NCBI RefSeq assembly: GCF_000354175.2
Contig: NC_022349.1
Coordinates: forward strand, 660,001-692,000
DNA length: 32,000 nucleotides
Source: Vibrio alginolyticus NBRC 15630 = ATCC 17749
Lineage (GTDB): Bacteria > Pseudomonadota > Gammaproteobacteria > Enterobacterales > Vibrionaceae
Reading direction: 5' to 3'
Position numbers and translations under genes: made by a program. Under the pieces are notes generated by a model. That model was not told the DNA's origin. It made no database searches and saw only the letters and a list, made by a program, of their open reading frames with translations. The first letter of the stretch is position 1, and every line of letters starts with the position of its first letter. Below, piece after piece: positions 17,578-23,942 of this stretch.

Positions 17578-18315
17578 ATGTATACAGACAATAAATTTGT
17601 TTTTTACGAAAAACAGTATTATCACGAAATAGAGTCCAAGCAGAAAATTGACCTTCGCTTGCAAACGATTATCGTTTTCACGTTTGCTTGGCTTAATTTA
17701 GCTACGTATACATTACAAGTTATAGATTATGAAAATAATAAATTAATCTCTCTGATATTTTATAACTTGATGGCAATGTATTTTATTTTCGTATTACAGA
17801 GCATGAGATACTCTATTTTCTCATTCTATGGTAGTACTTATCAATATTTACAATCTCCATTAGTGTTTGATGATTATTATAAAGACACTAATGACTATTA
17901 CACTAAGTACAAAAATGACCCCGATTTTGCGGATGAAGAACTTAAACTCTTTATCAAAGAGAACTTGATAAATTCTACACATCATAATTGCAAGCTTAAC
18001 GATGAAAGATCTCAAAAGGCTTTTGAGTCAGTAAAGTGGTTAGTAATATCTTTCTTACCCTTCTCGTTAGCATTCGCAATTTTTATAGCTTTTAAGCTAG
18101 ATTTAAAACACCCTACAAAACCTATTTTAATCGAAGAAACCAATCTATCAGGAGCACATATAAATGTCAGAGAAGGACGCACCTCAGAAACAGACAAAAC
18201 CATCATCGCCACCATCACGACCGATAGGAATTCGCTCTGTACGCAACCATGTAACGATTCCGGTGGAGAACCCATCACCAACTTCTCATCGCCAAGGTCA
18301 AAGGACGTTCTCTAA
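17578..18315 (+). CDS. Hypothetical 3-TM membrane protein, cargo gene B
   Basis: ATG at 17578 within the GTG-started track ORF. Predicted TM helices are LQTIIVFTFAWLNLATYTLQV, LISLIFYNLMAMYFIFVLQSM and WLVISFLPFSLAFAIFIAF, with a soluble Y/D/K-rich loop of about 80 aa between TM2 and TM3. The 3' end is uncertain because the last 150 nt overlap micro-ORF P1. Confidence 0.55.
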   Translation: MYTDNKFVFYEKQYYHEIESKQKIDLRLQTIIVFTFAWLNLATYTLQVIDYENNKLISLIFYNLMAMYFIFVLQSMRYSIFSFYGSTYQYLQSPLVFDDYYKDTNDYYTKYKNDPDFADEELKLFIKENLINSTHHNCKLNDERSQKAFESVKWLVISFLPFSLAFAIFIAFKLDLKHPTKPILIEETNLSGAHINVREGRTSETDKTIIATITTDRNSLCTQPCNDSGGEPITNFSSPRSKDVL

Positions 18316-18325
18316 TGAGGAGTAA
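18164..18325 (+). CDS. Proline-rich micro-ORF P1 (53 aa)
   Basis: AGGAG lies 9 nt upstream of the ATG. Sequence is MSEKDAPQKQTKPSSPPSRPIGIRSVRNHVTIPVENPSPTSHRQGQRTFSNEE*. It shares the motif KPSxPP..RPxG[IV]RxV with P2. Not in the ORF track. Confidence 0.35.
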   Translation: MSEKDAPQKQTKPSSPPSRPIGIRSVRNHVTIPVENPSPTSHRQGQRTFSNEE

Positions 18326-18330
18326 AGTTT

Positions 18331-18462
18331 GTGACAGATGACAACAAGAATGATAAAAAACCAAGTCCTCCACCTCCTCCACCTCGTCCACCTGGTGTTC
18401 GATATGTGAAAGATGGTTACAATCACGGTAAAGACAAAACCGAGAAGAAGAATAGAGGCTGA
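18331..18462 (+). CDS. Polyproline micro-ORF P2 (43 aa)
   Basis: GTG start 8 nt after GAGGAG. Sequence is (M)TDDNKNDKKPSPPPPPPRPPGVRYVKDGYNHGKDKTEKKNRG*. It ends 8 nt before the next gene. Not in the ORF track. Confidence 0.4.
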   Translation: MTDDNKNDKKPSPPPPPPRPPGVRYVKDGYNHGKDKTEKKNRG

Positions 18463-18470
18463 GTCTATTT

Positions 18471-18869
18471 ATGTACTTAGATATACTAGAATGCGAAGAA
18501 TATTTTTTCCCTAAACTAATAGAGCAATACTCTATGCTGGGAAATTACTTACAATCTTCAGACTATGTTAGTTTTGAAAATAACATTATAACTATTAATT
18601 TATTGTCTTATGAATTCAAATCAAAATATGGAGTTGTCTTTATAGATAAAAACATAAGATTGCGAGTTAAATTTGAAACTGTATCTTTAGATGGTGACGA
18701 TTTATACTTTGACTTGTACTTAGATCCTCAAGGTCGAATTTATTCTGACTACAATTCTATCTTAGATAAAAACTACGTAGATATTTTAGAGCGCAGTAGC
18801 GTTAAATCAATTGACAAATATATTTCTGAGTTTGTTTATAACTTTCTAAGTAAAAATAGCTTGATATAA
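18471..18869 (+). CDS. Hypothetical acidic cytosolic protein (132 aa), cargo gene C
   Basis: ATG start. Sequence begins MYLDILECEEYFFPKLIEQYS.... No TM helix, no signal peptide and no motif I recognise. It is the last gene of the plus-strand cargo operon. Confidence 0.55.
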   Translation: MYLDILECEEYFFPKLIEQYSMLGNYLQSSDYVSFENNIITINLLSYEFKSKYGVVFIDKNIRLRVKFETVSLDGDDLYFDLYLDPQGRIYSDYNSILDKNYVDILERSSVKSIDKYISEFVYNFLSKNSLI

Positions 18870-18877
18870 AGAAATAA

Positions 18878-18900
18878 AAGTTAGGCTCATAGCCTAACTT
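18878..18900. terminator. Bidirectional intrinsic terminator
   Basis: Perfect 10-bp stem AAGTTAGGCT-CAT-AGCCTAACTT flanked by A-rich sequence on the left and T-rich sequence on the right. It lies between convergent genes. Confidence 0.75.
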
Positions 18901-18906
18901 TTACTT

Positions 18907-19272
18907 TTACATGATTTTTTTCAATGCTCTAGCGTACTTTAGTACTTTTCCCGCAGCTTCTAAATCAGTCAATGCTCCAATCTCTAACAACGCAATTCCA
19001 GTCAAAACTTGCTGAGCCGTTACCAGCTGTCCTGTTGGAAGCTCTAGTCTGTCGTAGTGCATTTTAAAGTGCTCCCATTGTTCTGATGGGCTCAATTCCC
19101 TTCCTTTTGTCATTCTCATGAGTCGTTTACACTCAGGAGGAATGGTTTTCCCCTTATCCCATTCTTTGACCGTTCTCACAGTTTTCAAACAAAGTTCAGC
19201 AGCTTGTTCGACGGATAAACCACATTCAAATTCACGAAAAATATAGTTTTTAGTCATTTCGTGATACTTCAT
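18907..19272 (-). CDS. HTH + DUF3653-like protein (XafT-like candidate Xer activation factor)
   Basis: ATG at 19272 follows GAGGGA; the track ORF starts at an upstream TTG. LSVEQAAELCLKTVRTVKEWDKGKTIPPECKRLMRMTKGRELSP...LELPTGQLVTAQQV follows the HTH-WxxG-PP...L.xPxG pattern I associate with DUF3653. It ends 53 nt from the right att site. Confidence 0.55.
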   Translation of the reverse strand: MKYHEMTKNYIFREFECGLSVEQAAELCLKTVRTVKEWDKGKTIPPECKRLMRMTKGRELSPSEQWEHFKMHYDRLELPTGQLVTAQQVLTGIALLEIGALTDLEAAGKVLKYARALKKIM

Positions 19273-19324
19273 TGAATAGTCCCTCAAAAGAGAGACATTT
19301 TATAGGACTGGCATATGCAATCGC

Positions 19325-19353
19325 ACTCAACATAAGCAGATATAATGCGCACT
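19325..19353. other. dif-like hybrid site, forming the right junction of the prophage
   Basis: ACTCAACATAA-GCAGATA-TAATGCGCACT. The XerD arm is perfect (11/11). The XerC arm matches the left-site arm at 9/11. The spacer is 7 nt if the arms are aligned this way. Orientation is the same as the site at 10313. Confidence 0.75.
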
Positions 19354-19792
19354 AAGGGGGGTAAACTCAAAGCAATAATGTCCGGTTTTAGCTGCTTTAA
19401 AATGTCATCCTAAGATTAACAACATTGTTTTCTTTTGAAGCTTTAACCGAGGTTTCTGTGGGCTTGCAATCGCTAGTTTGGTTTGTGGTTATGCTTACGA
19501 AGCAAATCAAATCTCTTATTGAAAATTGATGCGCGCGTAGTCCTCGACTTACTGGCGTGTTCTTCCGTAAGTACCTGAATCAATCTATGTATGGTGATGA
19601 TGGCCAACTCACTGAATTTGCCATTCAATGGCATCACGATTACTAACTTAAGCGCTACCAAACAAAAAAGCCTTTCATACTCGCCTCGTACAACAGCAAA
19701 AATCAGCTAAACGCTCTAATCGCTCCGCAACGAAATCTGCCAAAAATCACGAGCTCAGTTCACTCGCTCTTAATCAAGGCGTTCTGAAACAT

Positions 19793-20116
19793 TTATAAGC
19801 CTGTGGTTATATGGAGGCGAATGTACTTTTCGGGGTATTTGTAACGATAGCGTTTTCCTTTCTTCAAGTTGGACTTAACGTACCTACACACTTTTTGGTC
19901 ACCACTGCTGGTTACTCTTTTTATTACTGCGTTTTTACTTTTGTGCTCCATTTCTATCATGACGTCACAATAACCTTGATAGCCATCAAACTTATTGTCT
20001 ACTTTCTTTTGAAGCTTAGTCTTAATCTTTTTAGCCAACAGGTTCGTTTCTGAATCGTCAGCAAAAACTGAATTACTTGTAAAGATCAATACCATTAAAG
20101 TTACAACGTATCTCAT
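19793..20116 (-). CDS. Secreted small protein with a TolA C-terminal (domain III)-like pattern
   Basis: ATG at 20116 (MRYVVTLMVLIFTSNSVFA/DD is a signal peptide). The mature part ...FDGYQGYCDVMIEMEHKSKNAVIKRVTSSGDQKVCRYVKSNLKKGKRYRYKYP fits the G..C.V.I...(x)V..V..SGD...C......L.K....P spacing of TolA domain III. Confidence 0.45.
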   Translation of the reverse strand: MRYVVTLMVLIFTSNSVFADDSETNLLAKKIKTKLQKKVDNKFDGYQGYCDVMIEMEHKSKNAVIKRVTSSGDQKVCRYVKSNLKKGKRYRYKYPEKYIRLHITTGL

Positions 20117-20180
20117 CGTTTTGGTCCGTTTATGTTGTTGATTGTTCGATGATAAGTAATTTTTCTGTAGATACGAAAAT

Positions 20181-20200
20181 GGGACGCCACATTGCGTCCC
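20181..20200 (-). terminator. Hairpin downstream of the DUF3634-like gene
   Basis: GGGACGC-CACATT-GCGTCCC, a 7-bp stem. The minus strand continues ATTTTCG, which is a weak T-tract. Confidence 0.4.
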
Positions 20201-20230
20201 ATTTAACATGATGAAGTAACTGATATGTAA

Positions 20231-20542
20231 TTAAGCGCGCTTCTTGCCTTTGTTTGCTTTGAAGCCCTGATGCGGAAAAACGTTACGAATCCTCTGTTGA
20301 ACTTTTTTGGGAATGCCTTTGGAAAAGCTTAAGCGCATTCCTGTTCGTTGGCTATACACCTTCATTTCACCAGTAAACGGGTTATGCTCACTAATATCCT
20401 GTAAGTTGTGTTTGAAAGAAGGAGGTAGATGCCCTTTTACGTTACTAATATGGCCATTATCGAACTTTACTTTTAACACCGGCCTATCGACTGCGATCAA
20501 CCAAAAGATCACGATAGCTGCAATTAAGATTACATATAACAT
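20231..20542 (-). CDS. DUF3634-like small membrane-anchored protein
   Basis: 103 aa with an N-terminal TM helix (MLYVILIAAIVIFWLIAV) and the C-terminal IPKKVQQRIRNVF pattern I associate with DUF3634 of Vibrio. Confidence 0.45.
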   Translation of the reverse strand: MLYVILIAAIVIFWLIAVDRPVLKVKFDNGHISNVKGHLPPSFKHNLQDISEHNPFTGEMKVYSQRTGMRLSFSKGIPKKVQQRIRNVFPHQGFKANKGKKRA

Positions 20543-20557
20543 TTGGCACTCCCTATC

Positions 20558-21007
20558 CTAGCTAGATAGCAATTTACTCAAATCCTCTTTAATTGAGGTA
20601 ACTTTTTGACTCGCTTTTTCACTTCTCGACGCTTCGGAAAGCAAATATTCAATTGCGTCAGATAACGTACAACCAAGTTCATTCGCTCTACTAGAAAGCT
20701 TTTCCCAAACTCGGTAATCTAAATCAATGGATTTTTTCTTTGTATGGACTTGCTCTGCATTGAAGTGACGTTTCCGTTTCGCTCGGATAGCCTGCTTGAG
20801 TTTATTATCTAACTCTTCTGACATGTGGTTTTCTATCCAAGCCAAGACAAGTGTAGGCTCGTGTTCAAGGCGTTTTAGTTCTGCGACCGCTGCATCTGCT
20901 TCGCTTGTATCAATATGTCGGGTAATCGCTTCACCATCTTTCCATTTTTTGATGAGATACTTCCATTTCCACCCACATTCTAGATTCTCAAGCTGCTGAT
21001 ATTTCAT
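20558..21007 (-). CDS. matP: Macrodomain Ter protein MatP
   Basis: 149 aa. MKYQQLENLECGWKWKYL...RAKRKRHFNAEQVHTKKKSIDLD is near-collinear with E. coli MatP. Confidence 0.9.
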   Translation of the reverse strand: MKYQQLENLECGWKWKYLIKKWKDGEAITRHIDTSEADAAVAELKRLEHEPTLVLAWIENHMSEELDNKLKQAIRAKRKRHFNAEQVHTKKKSIDLDYRVWEKLSSRANELGCTLSDAIEYLLSEASRSEKASQKVTSIKEDLSKLLSS

Positions 21008-21217
21008 TTGTTCGGACCCATAAACATAACCTAGTGACAGCGTAACCCAGATGGTTTACTTGGGCAAATAAAACTCTTAGAAGTATCGATGTTGATCACT
21101 CATTTGTCTAAGTATTGTTCATTGAGAGTTGAATGCCGAGAACAAACCAAATTGGTGCTAGGGTGTTATAGTCCGTTTCGTTATAATGTCGGCAAGATTG
21201 AATTACGATGAATTTTA

Positions 21218-22858
21218 ATGAACCAACTTAATTGGCAAGACGTAACACCTTCACTTGAGCGGTACGAAGCACTTTTAAAGTCTGCACCTTCGTTACCAAA
21301 GAAGTCTTTTACTGAGCTCCAACCGAGAATGTCGGCAACGATATCTCGTTTTTCAAAAATTTCCGGATTGACGCGAGTACTACTCATTAACTGCGTAGAT
21401 AATTCTGTATATAGAGAGTTCATCAGTAAAGCTCTTCAGAGCCAGTCTAACGCTGCGATAGTTTTGTCGGAATCACTTGATGCCAAACGTTTATTTGACC
21501 GTTACAGTGTTGATGTAAGTGGTGATATTGCCTTCCAACCTGGTTTAATTTCACAGGCAGATAACGGTTACTTAATAGTACCGGCTAATCTAATTTTGGC
21601 TAACCCAGGGCTTTGGCCAAATATAAAGTCTGCAATTCAACAAAACCTTATCGAGCCACTGAACCTAAGCCCTACTCGTTTACCTACTTCAGTACCGCAA
21701 GCTAAAGCCTATGATGTAAAACTGATTGTAACAGGAGAAAGAAGTCAGTTAGCAGAGCTAGAATACATCGATGAAGACTTCTGTTCTGGCTTTGCCATGT
21801 ATACGGAAGTTGAAGAAGATATTCATCTGTCAGAGCAGAATTTGACAGATTACTTTGGTTTAGTGAACTGGATATGTTCTCAATATCAGCTGCCTCACTT
21901 AACTGAATGTGGTTTTAGAAGATTGTTGCTGGCCGGTATGAGATTTACTGAAGATCAACATTATCTGCCTTTAGGAGTAATGTGGCACTCTCAACTTCTA
22001 ACGCTTGCTAGCCAGTTCAGTGATGGCCACGCATTAGATTACAAGTCGTTAGATAAAGCGATTGACGATAAGTATTACCGAGAATCTTACCTTCCTCAGC
22101 GTGCCGTGTACGATATTTTAGATGGCCAAGTCATCATTGAGACAACTGGGGAACAAGTTGGTCAAATCAATGGCCTAACCGTTATTGATATGGCTGGGCA
22201 CCCTGTCAGCTATGGTGAGCCTGCACGAATATCTTGTGTAATTCATTTTGGTGATGGCGATGTTTCCGATGTTGAGCGCAAAGCTGAGCTTGGAGGCAAT
22301 CTACATGCAAAAGGCATGATGATTATGCAAGCTTTCTTGAGCTCTGCTCTGAAACTGGATGAACCACTGCCTTACTCTGCCTCCATCGTATTTGAACAGT
22401 CTTATAGTGAAGTTGATGGTGACAGCGCATCTCTTGCAGAACTTTGTTGCTTGGTGAGTGCTTTATCTGAATCTCCAATTAATCAACAAGTTGCTGTTAC
22501 AGGAGCTGTTGATCAGTTTGGTCGAGTGCAAGCCGTCGGTGGCTTGAACGAAAAAATTGAAGGCTTTTATCAGGTTTGTAAACATCAAGGTTTTACAGGA
22601 AATCAAGGTGTTGTGATGCCAAAATCAAACCTTAAACACCTTGCATTACATAAAGATGTAATAGAAAGCATTAAAAATGGTGAGTTCCATATTTGGTCCG
22701 TTTCTACCGTAGATGAAGCTATTCCGATTGTAATGAATAAACCTTTTAGAGGTGAAGACGATAGCATTATTGGCAAAATAGCGGAACGTATTGAAAACTT
22801 TGAAAGACATGAGCATCCAGAAGGAATTGTGCAGCGCATCAAAAACTGGTTTGTCTAG
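21218..22858 (+). CDS. lonH: Lon-related protease (YcbZ/LonH family)
   Basis: 546 aa with a C-terminal Lon S16 domain whose catalytic Ser sits in VDGDSASLAELC. The fabA-ycbZ-matP synteny matches E. coli. Confidence 0.75.
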   Translation: MNQLNWQDVTPSLERYEALLKSAPSLPKKSFTELQPRMSATISRFSKISGLTRVLLINCVDNSVYREFISKALQSQSNAAIVLSESLDAKRLFDRYSVDVSGDIAFQPGLISQADNGYLIVPANLILANPGLWPNIKSAIQQNLIEPLNLSPTRLPTSVPQAKAYDVKLIVTGERSQLAELEYIDEDFCSGFAMYTEVEEDIHLSEQNLTDYFGLVNWICSQYQLPHLTECGFRRLLLAGMRFTEDQHYLPLGVMWHSQLLTLASQFSDGHALDYKSLDKAIDDKYYRESYLPQRAVYDILDGQVIIETTGEQVGQINGLTVIDMAGHPVSYGEPARISCVIHFGDGDVSDVERKAELGGNLHAKGMMIMQAFLSSALKLDEPLPYSASIVFEQSYSEVDGDSASLAELCCLVSALSESPINQQVAVTGAVDQFGRVQAVGGLNEKIEGFYQVCKHQGFTGNQGVVMPKSNLKHLALHKDVIESIKNGEFHIWSVSTVDEAIPIVMNKPFRGEDDSIIGKIAERIENFERHEHPEGIVQRIKNWFV

Positions 22859-22928
22859 TACTGATCGGAGTTGTTTAGCGTACACGTGTTCACTAAGATG
22901 CAGCTATCAAAAATTGGAGTAATTGATA

Positions 22929-23447
22929 ATGCAAAACAAACGTGATTCTTATAACCGTGACGATCTACTTGCTTCTAGCCAAGGCGAACTGTTTGGGCCT
23001 GGTTACCCTCAGCTTCCTGCGCCAAACATGCTAATGATGGATCGTGTTACTAAAATGTCTGAGACTGAAGGCGATTTTGGTAAAGGTTTGATCTTGGCGG
23101 AATTGGATATTACTCCAGATTTGTGGTTCTTTGACTGCCACTTCCCTGGCGACCCTGTAATGCCGGGTTGTCTTGGCCTTGATGCGATGTGGCAACTTGT
23201 TGGTTTCTTCCTTGGCTGGGTTGGTGGCAAAGGAAAAGGTCGTGCTCTGGGTGTTGGCGAAGTGAAGTTTACAGGTCAGATCCTGCCAACAGCGAAAAAA
23301 GTGACGTACGAGATCCACATGAAACGCGTTGTAAACCGTAAACTTGTGATGGGTTTGGCCGACGGTCGTGTATGTGTGGACGGCAAAGAAATCTACGTAG
23401 CAAAAGATTTGAAAGTTGGCTTGTTCCAAGACACTTCAAGCTTCTAA
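22929..23447 (+). CDS. fabA: 3-hydroxydecanoyl-ACP dehydratase/isomerase
   Basis: 172 aa counted from the ATG at 22929. Active-site region [27 protein letters not shown]. Confidence 0.9.
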   Translation: MQNKRDSYNRDDLLASSQGELFGPGYPQLPAPNMLMMDRVTKMSETEGDFGKGLILAELDITPDLWFFDCHFPGDPVMPGCLGLDAMWQLVGFFLGWVGGKGKGRALGVGEVKFTGQILPTAKKVTYEIHMKRVVNRKLVMGLADGRVCVDGKEIYVAKDLKVGLFQDTSSF

Positions 23448-23470
23448 TCACGATTTTAATCGATTTATTA

Positions 23471-23495
23471 AGGCTCCTATTTAGGAGCCTTTTTG
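23471..23495 (+). terminator. fabA intrinsic terminator
   Basis: AGGCTCCT-ATTT-AGGAGCCT followed by TTTTTGTT. Confidence 0.75.
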
Positions 23496-23537
23496 TTATC
23501 GAGTGTTAACCTACTTCCCTATGTCCCTATAATGTAG

Positions 23538-23557
23538 AAAAGGCTCCGTAGAGCCCT
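23538..23557 (-). terminator. Probable rmf terminator
   Basis: GGCTC-CGTA-GAGCC hairpin. The minus strand continues TTTTC. Confidence 0.45.
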
Positions 23558-23587
23558 TTCGAATCCTTCTTTTTGTATGTGGAGAGT

Positions 23588-23761
23588 TTATTTGTAGAGA
23601 CCAGATTGTCTTTCATCTCTGGCATCACGCCAACCACCTAACCAATACGACCGAGCATCAACTTGTTGATATGGGCAAGCCTCTTGAGACCTTCCATTCA
23701 ACCCAGCTTTGTAGCCTTGAGATTGAGCTCGTTCTAGGCGATCACGCTTTTGTCTCTTCAT
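23588..23761 (-). CDS. rmf: Ribosome modulation factor
   Basis: 57 aa from the internal ATG at 23761: MKRQKRDRLERAQSQGYKAGLNGRSQEACPYQ...WLGGWRDA. Confidence 0.85.
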   Translation of the reverse strand: MKRQKRDRLERAQSQGYKAGLNGRSQEACPYQQVDARSYWLGGWRDARDERQSGLYK

Positions 23762-23875
23762 AGTTAATTCCTCATACAGGTCCATTTACTAACGTACAGC
23801 TGTTATTGTGAAACTTTGATGGAGTTTTTATGACTCCACTTATAAGAATCGATCAAAGTAGGCAATTTCTCAAGG

Positions 23876-23914
23876 CATAAAAAAAGCAGAGACTCAAATG
23901 TGTGAGCCTCTGCT
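23876..23914 (-). terminator. Intrinsic terminator after the DUF3466-like gene
   Basis: AGCAGAG...CTCTGCT stem with an inner CTCA/TGAG extension. It is preceded on the plus strand by an A-run, which reads as a T-run on the minus strand. Confidence 0.6.
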
Positions 23915-23942
23915 TGATTTAAAAATTACTGACGATTTTTAA

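Larger units (their letters stand above)
10313..19353. mobile_element. Integrated filamentous (Inoviridae) prophage of the Vf33/f237 type, an IMEX at dif
   Basis: Flanked by two directly oriented dif-like sites (10313-10340 and 19325-19353). It carries repressor, rep, ssDNA-binding, major coat, pIII, pVI and Zot/pI genes in canonical order. No integrase and no secretin are present. Confidence 0.85.

Noticed and set aside
19473-19661. 62-aa minus-strand ORF just right of the att site
   Set aside because: It has a non-ATG start in the track, no convincing RBS and no recognisable motif. It is too weak to call, though it may be a gene remnant in the dif-flanking region.
20201-20211. ATTTAACATGA, a 10/11 match to the XerC arm of dif, considered as a relic dif marking an older IMEX boundary
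   Set aside because: No XerD arm follows at 6-7 bp spacing (the next 11 nt match poorly). An isolated half-site is plausibly coincidental.
21181-21423. 80-aa minus-strand ORF overlapping the lonH start. Many other antisense ORFs lie inside long genes (for example 1198-1398, 3756-4034, 11798-12118, 14217-14429, 23031-23429 and 26984-27593).
   Set aside because: They lie fully within, and antisense to or out of frame with, well-supported conserved genes. They are typical shadow ORFs.
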